NCBI RefSeq assembly: GCF_015582655.1
Contig: NZ_CP058255.1
Length of the DNA: 32,000 bases
From: Priestia megaterium
Lineage (GTDB): Bacteria > Bacillota > Bacilli > Bacillales > Bacillaceae_H
Direction: 5' to 3' (one strand)
In this document: positions 25,382 to 32,000 of the stretch, piece by piece
Layout: each line of letters opens with the position of its first letter
Position numbering within the stretch: position 1 is the first letter of the stretch
Program-made: the position numbers and the translations under genes
The notes under the pieces: model-generated
What the model saw: the letters and a program-made list of their open reading frames with translations, nothing else
What the model was told of the DNA's origin: nothing
The model's database searches: none

Positions 25382-25409
25382 GAAATAGACGAGGAAACTC
25401 GTCTATTTC
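25382..25409 (+). other. Intercistronic 12-bp hairpin with GAAA tetraloop between tatA and tatC
   Basis: GAAATAGACGAG (25382-25393) / CTCGTCTATTTC (25398-25409) with loop GAAA. No T-run follows (TACTTGTC), and the tatC RBS AAAGGAGAG starts 12 nt downstream. Confidence 0.55.
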
Positions 25410-25435
25410 TACTTGTCAGAAAGGAGAGAAAGACA

Positions 25436-26152
25436 ATGGGAGAAATGAGCTTGATGGAGCACCTTGAAGAATTGCGTGTTCGTATTATTAAAACACTTTG
25501 TGCATTTGTAGTTTTACTTATTGTCAGTTTTGTATTTGTACAAGATATTTATCAGTGGCTAGTAAAAGATTTGGACGGCAAGCTTGCGGTACTTGGACCA
25601 AGTGAAATCGTATGGATTTATATGGTGATTGCATTTGTTTTTGCGCTGGCCTTTACACTGCCAGTAGCTGCTTATCAAGTATTTCGGTTTGTTTCACCTG
25701 GTTTAAAAAAGGAAGAATATAAGGTTCTGATTACCTTCATTCCATTCTTTTTTCTTTTGTTTGTAAGCGGGCTGGGGTTCGGTTATTTTGTTCTGTTTCC
25801 AATGGTTTTAGCATTTTTAACGGGCTTGTCGAATGATCAGTTTTCACTGATGTTTACGGCGGAGCATTATTTCCGTTTTATGCTTAATCTGTGTTTACCG
25901 TTTGGGTTTTTATTTGAAATGCCTTTGGTTGTTCTATTCTTAACGCGCTTAGGGGTTCTAAACCCTTTAAGATTAGCTAAAGCAAGGAAGTTCTCTTATT
26001 TTGCTTTAATTGTGATATCTGTACTTATTACTCCTCCTGATTTTATTTCGGATATTTTAGTCATTGTCCCGCTTCTGCTTTTATATGAGCTCAGTGTCAC
26101 AATTTCACGCGTAGTATACAAAAAACGTTTAGGAAACGAATCAATTGCTTAA
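25436..26152 (+). CDS. tatC: Twin-arginine translocase subunit TatC (TatCd-like by context)
   Basis: RBS AAAGGAGAGAAAG precedes the ATG. The N-terminus is MGEMSLMEHLEELRVRIIKT. The protein has six hydrophobic segments, and ...ITPPDFISDILV... is typical of TatC. Confidence 0.92.
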   Translation: MGEMSLMEHLEELRVRIIKTLCAFVVLLIVSFVFVQDIYQWLVKDLDGKLAVLGPSEIVWIYMVIAFVFALAFTLPVAAYQVFRFVSPGLKKEEYKVLITFIPFFFLLFVSGLGFGYFVLFPMVLAFLTGLSNDQFSLMFTAEHYFRFMLNLCLPFGFLFEMPLVVLFLTRLGVLNPLRLAKARKFSYFALIVISVLITPPDFISDILVIVPLLLLYELSVTISRVVYKKRLGNESIA

Positions 26153-26276
26153 TCGTATACATAAGTGTGATGAGAGAATTCATGAAATTGAAACAAAGTC
26201 CTTGTAAACAGAGTGTTTTAAACATTCTGGAGTAGGTTATAATAGAGTGAAAACTCTACAGCAAGGGGGAGAAGGC

Positions 26277-26591
26277 TTGAAAAAAGTATTACTGACGTTA
26301 ACAATCGGTCTAGCGCTTGTTTTGTCCGCGTGCGGCGGAGGAAGCTCTAAAAATGAATCTGCTGGTGAATCTTCAGCGAGTGCAGAAGACATTGTGAAGA
26401 AAAACTGTACAGGCTGTCACGGAGTAGATTTAGGAGGAGCGAATGGACCAAGCTTGCAGCATGTAGGCAGCAAGCACTCAGAAGCTGAAATTGAAAACAT
26501 TATTAACAATGGTCAAGGCGGTATGCCAAAAGGACTAATTAATGAAGAAGATGCAAAAAAAGTTGCTGCTTGGCTGGCAAAGAAAAAATAA
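26277..26591 (+). CDS. cccB: Membrane-anchored lipoprotein cytochrome c-551
   Basis: I prefer the TTG at 26277, which follows GGGGGAG and gives [21 protein letters not shown] with lipobox LSAC. The heme motif is CTGCH and the distal Met lies in GGMPKG. A TATAAT at 26238-26243 would place the transcript start after the track GTG at 26247. Its position upstream of ftsEX matches B. subtilis. Confidence 0.85.
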   Translation: MKKVLLTLTIGLALVLSACGGGSSKNESAGESSASAEDIVKKNCTGCHGVDLGGANGPSLQHVGSKHSEAEIENIINNGQGGMPKGLINEEDAKKVAAWLAKKK

Positions 26592-26613
26592 GACGGATAT
26601 CCGTCTTATTTTT
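26587..26613. terminator. Bidirectional terminator between cccB and the convergent reductase gene
   Basis: Stem TAAGACGG (26589-26596) / CCGTCTTA (26601-26608) with loop ATAT, flanked by an A-run and a T-run. It overlaps the cccB stop codon. Confidence 0.8.
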
Positions 26614-26616
26614 GTG

Positions 26617-27153
26617 TTAAAGCTGCTTTAATTCTTGGTTTAAAACAATGGCTTGCTTTTGAGCTTTGACATCTTTTGCTATGTCTCCAGGTGCATTGGC
26701 TTCTCCAATGATGTATCCGCTAAAGGAAGAGCCAATAAAATCGACAATGTATTGAAATTGCATAATAAGAGGAAGAGCTTTTACAGATGCGCCTGTGCCC
26801 CCTACTACTAATACATACACGCGCTTATTTTTCATTTGTTCTTTAAAGTTGATTGTCGAATCTCTAAGACTTTCAGACCAACGATCCACAAAGTTCTTCA
26901 TTAATCCGCTCATACCGTACCAGTAAAGAGGCGTAACAAATAAAATAGTGTCGCGCGCTGCCATCTTTTTCGCTATATCATAATAATCATCTTGTTGATT
27001 GGTAAACCCAAGTTCATCGTGACGCATATCAGTAATAGGTTTAATGGTATGCCGGCGCAAGTAAACTTCTTCCGTATTGATATCTTTTAAGACTGCTTTA
27101 GCTAATTCCTCCGTATTTCCGTTTTCTCGTGAACTTCCATAAATGGTGATCAT
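26617..27153 (-). CDS. Flavodoxin-like fold NAD(P)H-dependent FMN reductase/oxidoreductase
   Basis: I prefer the ATG at 27153, 5 nt after GGAGGG, because the track ATG at 27168 lies inside that RBS. MITIYGSSRENGNTEELAKAV... and ...ILFVTPLYWYGMSGLMKNFVDRW are characteristic of the FMN_red / multimeric flavodoxin family. Confidence 0.65.
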   Translation of the reverse strand: MITIYGSSRENGNTEELAKAVLKDINTEEVYLRRHTIKPITDMRHDELGFTNQQDDYYDIAKKMAARDTILFVTPLYWYGMSGLMKNFVDRWSESLRDSTINFKEQMKNKRVYVLVVGGTGASVKALPLIMQFQYIVDFIGSSFSGYIIGEANAPGDIAKDVKAQKQAIVLNQELKQL

Positions 27154-27372
27154 GTTATCCCTCCTCATCGTTTTTCTTATTTATCATACCTTGTTTGTAA
27201 AAAAAGTAGACATGAATGTGCTTTGTCTAACGATATTCGTAAAAAATGAACAGCAAAAAACAACAGAATTAAAAATAAGGATAAATTCTCATACCCTGCT
27301 AAAAATATCCTACTTATGTCATATTTGAAATAAAAATGTAATATTTTTGGGGCTTATTTTCACGAAGAGTGA

Positions 27373-27381
27373 TGTTATAAT
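27373..27381 (+). promoter_or_regulatory. Extended -10 promoter element upstream of ftsE
   Basis: TGTTATAAT (TGnTATAAT) lies 110 nt upstream of the ftsE ATG, and its -35 is weak. A second candidate, TTGACA (27440-27445) plus TAAAAT (27461-27466), has only a 15-nt spacer. Confidence 0.4.
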
Positions 27382-27491
27382 GAGAAAGCGCGTGAGAAGA
27401 GTCGAATTTTTGGTTTGGATTGTAGAGTTTTGTCGTATTTTGACAAGTTTTACATAGTATTAAAATAACACACTTGATTAGGTGATTACTT

Positions 27492-28178
27492 ATGATTGAA
27501 ATGCAAAATGTATATAAAACGTATCCGAACGGTGTAAAAGCAATCAATGGCATTAGCATCAAGATTAATCAAGGTGAGTTTGCTTATATCGTAGGACCAA
27601 GTGGAGCAGGAAAATCCACTTTTATTAAAATGATGTATCGTGAAGAAAAGCCTTCTTCAGGAAATATCATTGTAAACGGTGCAAATGTAGCAAAAATAAA
27701 AGATAGCAGAGTTCCTATCTTTAGACGTCATATTGGTGTAGTCTTTCAAGATTTCAAGCTGCTTCCAAAATTAACGGTCTATGAAAACATTGCTTTTGCA
27801 CTAGAAGTAATTGAGCAAAGTCCCGAAGAAATTAAAAAGCGAGTGCTAGAGGTGCTAGAGCTTGTTAAGTTAAAGGGTAAAATGGATTCTTTCCCTGATG
27901 AACTATCTGGAGGCGAGCAGCAGCGTGTGTCTATTGCACGTTCAATTGTGAATAGTCCTAAGGTTGTCATCGCCGATGAACCGACAGGGAATCTTGATCC
28001 GGAGACTTCGTGGGAAATCATGGATATCTTTGAGGAGATTAATAAACGCGGTACGACTATTTTAATGGCAACGCATAACCGTGAAATTGTAAATACAATT
28101 CGAAAGCGTGTAATTGCGATTGAAAATGGAAATGTTGTGCGCGATGAAGTAAGAGGTGAATACGGATATGAAGGCTAG
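27492..28178 (+). CDS. ftsE: Cell-division ABC ATPase FtsE
   Basis: Walker A is GPSGAGKST, the signature is LSGGEQQRV and Walker B is VVIADEPTGNLD. At 228 aa it overlaps ftsX. Confidence 0.95.
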   Translation: MIEMQNVYKTYPNGVKAINGISIKINQGEFAYIVGPSGAGKSTFIKMMYREEKPSSGNIIVNGANVAKIKDSRVPIFRRHIGVVFQDFKLLPKLTVYENIAFALEVIEQSPEEIKKRVLEVLELVKLKGKMDSFPDELSGGEQQRVSIARSIVNSPKVVIADEPTGNLDPETSWEIMDIFEEINKRGTTILMATHNREIVNTIRKRVIAIENGNVVRDEVRGEYGYEG

Positions 28179-29058
28179 AACATTCGGGCGCCACTTACGT
28201 GAAGGATCTAAAAGTTTAGGAAGAAACGGCTGGATGACATTCGCATCTGCAAGTGCTGTTACCGTGACGCTCTTGCTTGTAGGCGTATTTTTTATGTTGA
28301 TGATGAATTTAAACCACATTGCTAAATTGATTGAAAATGATGTGGAAATTCGTGTTCACGTTGATGCTGCAGCGACAGCAGATGATCGAAAAGCAATGAA
28401 AGAAAAGCTAGATGCAATTAAGCAAGTTGATACGGTGACGTTTTCTTCTAAAGATAAAGAGTTAAAAGATTTAATTAATAGTATGGGTGATGAAGGACAA
28501 GCTTTTGAACCGTTTGAACAGCAAAACCCATTAAATGATGTATTTGTTGTTAAAACAAAAGAGCCGACTGATGTCGCAAAAGTAGCTAAACAAATTGAGA
28601 AATATCCGTATGCAGCAAAAGTTCAATACGGACAAGATCAAGTTGAAAAGTTATTTAAAGTGCTGAAAGTAGCTCGTAATATTGGAGTAGTGCTGATTTT
28701 AGGGCTTCTATTTACAGCAATGTTCCTAATTTCAAATACAATTAAAATTACGATTGTAGCTCGCCGTGAAGAGATTGAAATTATGCGCTTAGTTGGAGCT
28801 ACAAACTCCTTTATTCGCTGGCCGTTCTTTATTGAAGGTCTGTTTTTAGGAGTGCTTGGTTCTATTGTGCCAATTGCAGTTATTATCGGTGTATACAGCG
28901 TTTTATATAATGAAGTTCAACCTAAGTTTGATGGATTCTTTGAACTTTTACCTGCCTTTCCATTCGTGCTTCAAGTGTCGCTATTATTACTAGTGATCGG
29001 CGGTCTAATTGGGATGTGGGGAAGTACATTATCCATCCGTAAGTTCTTACGAAAATAA
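28168..29058 (+). CDS. ftsX: Cell-division ABC permease-like protein FtsX
   Basis: I prefer the ATG at 28168, 8 nt after AAGAGGTGA. It gives MKARTFGRHLREGSKSLGRNGWMTFASASAV... (296 aa), matching the B. subtilis FtsX N-terminus as I recall it. There are four TM segments and a large first extracellular loop. Confidence 0.93.
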   Translation: MKARTFGRHLREGSKSLGRNGWMTFASASAVTVTLLLVGVFFMLMMNLNHIAKLIENDVEIRVHVDAAATADDRKAMKEKLDAIKQVDTVTFSSKDKELKDLINSMGDEGQAFEPFEQQNPLNDVFVVKTKEPTDVAKVAKQIEKYPYAAKVQYGQDQVEKLFKVLKVARNIGVVLILGLLFTAMFLISNTIKITIVARREEIEIMRLVGATNSFIRWPFFIEGLFLGVLGSIVPIAVIIGVYSVLYNEVQPKFDGFFELLPAFPFVLQVSLLLLVIGGLIGMWGSTLSIRKFLRK

Positions 29059-29083
29059 GAATAGATTTTTAACATAATAGATT

Positions 29084-29127
29084 ACAACAACCTCACATTT
29101 GATGTTTATCAAATGTGAGGTTGTTGT
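29084..29127 (+). other. 20-bp perfect hairpin after ftsX (terminator-like, no U-tract)
   Basis: ACAACAACCTCACATTTGAT (29084-29103) / ATCAAATGTGAGGTTGTTGT (29108-29127) with loop GTTT. It is followed by GTAATTACAC rather than a T-run. Confidence 0.55.
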
Positions 29128-29218
29128 GTAATTACACATAAAAATAGAAAAAAGTGCTAATGGGGGTCTTGCTAATGCCCGTTTATACGGGGAAATATGT
29201 GCAGATGGGGAGAAACAA

Positions 29219-30427
29219 ATGACACGTAAGACATTAGTAATGACAGCAGCAGTTTTAGTTGGACTAAGTGCGGCTTGGATAGGTAATGAAAAAATTGCTT
29301 ATGCAGAAAGTGCCAGCACTACTAAACTCAGTGATTTAGAGAAAAAAAGTGATGATGTGAACCAAAATATTAATCAAAATAAAGAGAAATTAAAAGAGGT
29401 TCAAGAAAAGCAAAAAAACGAAGAAGCTGAGATTGCACGCTTGGATTCAGAGGTCGGACAAACGAATGCAGATATCCGCAGCCGTGAATCTGAAGTAGAA
29501 AAAGCAAAGCAAGACATCGAAAAGCTGAAAAGCGAGATTGACGTTGTAAAAAAACGAATTGAAAAACGAAATGAGCTATTAAAAAAACGTGCTCGTGCTT
29601 TACAAGAAAATGGCGGGTCTGTGGATTACATAGATGTACTGCTAGGCTCTGAAAGCTTCGGAGACTTTATTAGCAGAGTGAGTGCGGTTTCGACAATTGT
29701 AGGGGCTGACCGTGATTTGTTAATGCAGCATGAAGCCGATAAAAAGGCAAAAGAAGAGAAAGAAACAAAAGTTCAAAACAAGCTAACGGAAGTAAATCAA
29801 GCGCTTGAAGAACTTAAAAATCTTCGTGCGCAGCTGCAAAAACAAGTGGATGAAAAGAATCAGCTCATGCAAACGCTCAAAGATCAGGAAAAAGAATTTA
29901 ATGAAGAAGCCGTTGGATTAGAAGAGCAAGCTTCTATTTTAGCTGATCAAAAAAATGCAGCACAAGCTCAACAGCAAGAAATTGAAACAGCCGGGGCAAC
30001 AGAGGGGGCACCCCCTGTTACAAGCGGGTCGTTTATGAGGCCGGCAAAGGGCCCGGTAACATCTCATTTTGGGTATCGAGAAACGTTTGGAAGAGGACAC
30101 TACGGTATTGATATTGGAAAGCGAGGAGAAAGTGTGCCAGTTGTAGCCGCAGCAAGCGGAAAGGTAATTAGAGCATATCATTCTTCTTCTTTTGGTAATG
30201 CCGTATTTATTCGTCACAATGTAGAAGGTCAGACGTGGGTTACAGTTTATGCTCATTTAGAGAGCTACAGCGTCTCAAGCGGTCAATCTATCAATAAAGG
30301 TCAACAATTAGGTTATATAGGGAACACAGGACGTTCGTTTGGTGCTCACCTGCATTTTGAATTGCATAAAGGCGATTGGAAAGGCAAAAGTTCCGCTGTA
30401 AACCCTGAAAGTTATATTAAATTTTAA
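29219..30427 (+). CDS. Secreted coiled-coil + M23 (LytM) peptidoglycan metalloendopeptidase, EnvC/PcsB-like architecture
   Basis: RBS GGGGAGAAAC precedes the ATG. The signal peptide is MTRKTLVMTAAVLVGLSAAWIGNEKIAYA. About 230 aa of K/E/Q-rich heptad sequence follow. The C-terminal M23 domain has HYGIDIG (HxxxD) and GAHLHFELH (HxH). Confidence 0.85.
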   Translation: MTRKTLVMTAAVLVGLSAAWIGNEKIAYAESASTTKLSDLEKKSDDVNQNINQNKEKLKEVQEKQKNEEAEIARLDSEVGQTNADIRSRESEVEKAKQDIEKLKSEIDVVKKRIEKRNELLKKRARALQENGGSVDYIDVLLGSESFGDFISRVSAVSTIVGADRDLLMQHEADKKAKEEKETKVQNKLTEVNQALEELKNLRAQLQKQVDEKNQLMQTLKDQEKEFNEEAVGLEEQASILADQKNAAQAQQQEIETAGATEGAPPVTSGSFMRPAKGPVTSHFGYRETFGRGHYGIDIGKRGESVPVVAAASGKVIRAYHSSSFGNAVFIRHNVEGQTWVTVYAHLESYSVSSGQSINKGQQLGYIGNTGRSFGAHLHFELHKGDWKGKSSAVNPESYIKF

Positions 30428-30470
30428 GTTCCTAGCATACGTGGTACAAGCTCAACATATAGTTTAACAA

Positions 30471-30504
30471 AAAGGCATCGCACTTGATTTGTGTGATGCC
30501 TTTT
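30471..30504 (+). terminator. Rho-independent terminator after the M23 peptidase gene
   Basis: Stem AAAGGCATCGCAC (30471-30483) / GTGTGATGCCTTT (30491-30503) with one G-T pair and a 7-nt loop, running into TTTTG. Confidence 0.75.
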
Positions 30505-30600
30505 GCTACAAATAACACATGCATCCTTTTTATTACATAGTTTTGGTTGTATCTATTATAATAAGAAGAGATGGCTTAAGGTTGAGGAGGATGAAAGAAC

Positions 30601-32000
30601 TTGAATCGGAAAATCGTTGCACTATTAATGGCACTCTCCTTAGTTGTTGGAGCAGCAGGTACATATTTTGGCATTCAGTATGCAAATGCTGGAACGGTCA
30701 GTACCCCCCTTACAACTTCTTCAAATGATAGTAAAGTGGAAAAGGAAGAGCTAGACAAAATCAAGCAAGCTTATGAACTGATATCTTCAAAATATTACAA
30801 AGATGTAGATGACAAAAAATTATTAGATGGCGCAATCCAAGGGATGGTACAAACCTTAGGAGACCCTCACTCATCTTACATGGATAAGAAAACGGCACAG
30901 CAATTCACGCAGTCTCTTGATTCATCGTTTGAGGGAATTGGCGCTGAAGTAAGCATGGTAGATGGAAAAGTAACAATCGTAGCTCCGTTTAAACAATCTC
31001 CTGCGGAAAAAGCAGGATTAAAACCAAATGATCAGATTTTAAAGATCGATGGTAAAAGTATCGCGGGTCTGGAATTGAATGAAGCAGTATTAAAAATTCG
31101 CGGTAAAAAAGGCTCTACCGTGACATTAGATGTTCAACGACCGGGCGTGAAAGAAACGATGAAAGTAAAAGTTGTAAGAGATGAGATTCCAATTGAAACC
31201 GTCTATTCTTCTGTTAAAAATGTAAACAATAAAAAAATTGGCTACATGGAAATTACGTCATTCTCTGAATCAACGGGAGACGAATTTACGAAACAGTTGA
31301 AAAAACTTGAAAATAAAAATATTGATGGCTTAGTTCTAGACGTTCGAGGAAATCCTGGTGGCTATTTAACGAGCGTTGAAAAAATGCTTGATAAATTAGT
31401 GACGAATAAAAAGCCATATATCCAAATTGAAGATCGTAACGGTGAACGTCAAAAAGTGGTTTCTTCAATGAAAAAGCAAAAGGATTATCCAATTGTGGCC
31501 TTGATTGATGGAGGGAGTGCATCCGCTTCTGAAATTCTTGCCGGGGCATTAAAAGAAGCAGGAGGATACAAGCTAGTCGGTGAAAAATCCTATGGAAAAG
31601 GAACCGTTCAACAAGCTGTTCCAATGGAAGACGGCAGTAATTTAAAATTAACGTTCTATAAATGGCTAACGCCTGATGGAAACTGGATTAACGAAAAAGG
31701 TATAAAACCAACGGTAGAAGTCAAGCAGCCGGATTATTATTATGCAAATCCAATTCAAGTTGATAAAAAGCCATTAACACGTGATATGACAGGTGACCAA
31801 GTGAAGAATGCTCAAGTGATGCTAAAAGGCCTTGGCTTTGAACCTGGACGTACAGACGGATATTTTAGTAAAGAGACAGAAACAGCTGTAACTGCATTCC
31901 AAAAAGCCAATAAGCAAAAAGCTACAGGTGAAATCGATGAAGATACAGCAGCGCTTTTACAAACAAAACTTCTAGAAAAAATTAAATCAAAAGATGAAGA
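30601..32000 (+). CDS. ctpB: S41 carboxy-terminal processing protease with PDZ and C-terminal peptidoglycan-binding domain (3' end beyond window)
   Basis: It is absent from the ORF track because no stop is reached. The TTG at 30601 lies 10 nt after GAGGAGGA, and I checked the frame by hand translation to nt 32000 without finding a stop. The N-terminus is LNRKIVALLMALSLVVGAAGTYFG. The PDZ domain includes GIGAEV...SPAEKAGLKPND. The catalytic regions are RGNPGGY, DGGSASASEIL and YGKGTVQ. The C-terminal PG-binding repeat is GLGFEPGRTDGYFSKETETAVTAFQ. The assignment as ctpB rather than ctpA rests on position after ftsEX. Confidence 0.85.
   Translation, partial: MNRKIVALLMALSLVVGAAGTYFGIQYANAGTVSTPLTTSSNDSKVEKEELDKIKQAYELISSKYYKDVDDKKLLDGAIQGMVQTLGDPHSSYMDKKTAQQFTQSLDSSFEGIGAEVSMVDGKVTIVAPFKQSPAEKAGLKPNDQILKIDGKSIAGLELNEAVLKIRGKKGSTVTLDVQRPGVKETMKVKVVRDEIPIETVYSSVKNVNNKKIGYMEITSFSESTGDEFTKQLKKLENKNIDGLVLDVRGNPGGYLTSVEKMLDKLVTNKKPYIQIEDRNGERQKVVSSMKKQKDYPIVALIDGGSASASEILAGALKEAGGYKLVGEKSYGKGTVQQAVPMEDGSNLKLTFYKWLTPDGNWINEKGIKPTVEVKQPDYYYANPIQVDKKPLTRDMTGDQVKNAQVMLKGLGFEPGRTDGYFSKETETAVTAFQKANKQKATGEIDEDTAALLQTKLLEKIKSKDE

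Noticed and set aside
26247-28167. Longer track starts for cccB (26247), the reductase (27168) and ftsX (28156), and ORFs 27143..27328 and 27314..27562 in the ftsE upstream region.
   Set aside because: In each gene an internal start has a properly spaced SD and yields the canonical N-terminus (lipoprotein signal, MITIYGSS, MKARTFGRHLREG). The two spacer ORFs lack an RBS and have odd composition.
29111-29132. WalR-type direct repeats (TGTGAG-N5-TGTGTA) upstream of the M23 gene.
   Set aside because: Both half-sites deviate from TGTWAH at 2 of 6 positions, including the W position, and they lie within the hairpin arm. The match is not good enough to call.
30519-31624. Track ORFs 30519..30728 (+) and 31286..31624 (-).
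   Set aside because: The first is out of frame with the hand-verified S41 protease CDS that starts at TTG 30601, and its ATG at 30591 abuts the SD with no spacer. The second is antisense to that CDS.
1-32000. Window-wide scan for CRISPR arrays, tRNA/rRNA genes, IS elements, integrases, toxin-antitoxin or defence gene pairs.
   Set aside because: I found no regularly spaced direct repeats, no tRNA-like cloverleaf candidates, and no transposase, recombinase or nuclease-like ORFs. All long ORFs are accounted for by the features listed.

Overview
Low-GC Bacillaceae-type chromosomal window, mostly conserved housekeeping genes on the + strand. From memory of B. subtilis 168, the backbone is the late-competence / late-flagellar / secA-prfB / ftsEX neighbourhood: comFA (5'-truncated by the window edge), comFC, yvyF, flgM, flgN, flgK, flgL, fliW, csrA, then fliD, fliS, fliT, hpf, secA, prfB (programmed +1 frameshift), cccB, ftsE, ftsX and a ctpB-like protease (3'-truncated). 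Several blocks depart from that reference order. (1) Flagellin (hag) and flaG are absent between csrA and fliD. About 8.6 kb of mixed-orientation genes sits there instead: a GbsR-type regulator, gbsB-gbsA (choline to glycine betaine), a sodium:solute symporter that looks like the animal choline transporter CHT1/SLC5A7, a GabP-like permease and a small membrane-anchored protein. (2) comFB is absent. (3) A GNAT gene lies between hpf and secA. (4) A phoD-tatA-tatC module with Pho-box-like repeats lies between prfB and cccB. (5) A flavodoxin-like reductase lies between cccB and ftsE. (6) A secreted coiled-coil M23 peptidase with intact catalytic motifs follows ftsEX directly. I can read SigD-, SigB-, PhoP- and SigA-type promoter candidates and many rho-independent terminators from the sequence. 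I saw no rRNA, tRNA, CRISPR array, transposase or integrase. The best candidates for something under-described are the CHT-like transporter linked to gbsAB in the flagellin slot, the 630-bp AT-rich divergent control region next to it, a structured orphan element between two convergent terminators, and a motif repeated in two promoter regions. All homology statements rest on motif recognition and remembered synteny, not on database searches.
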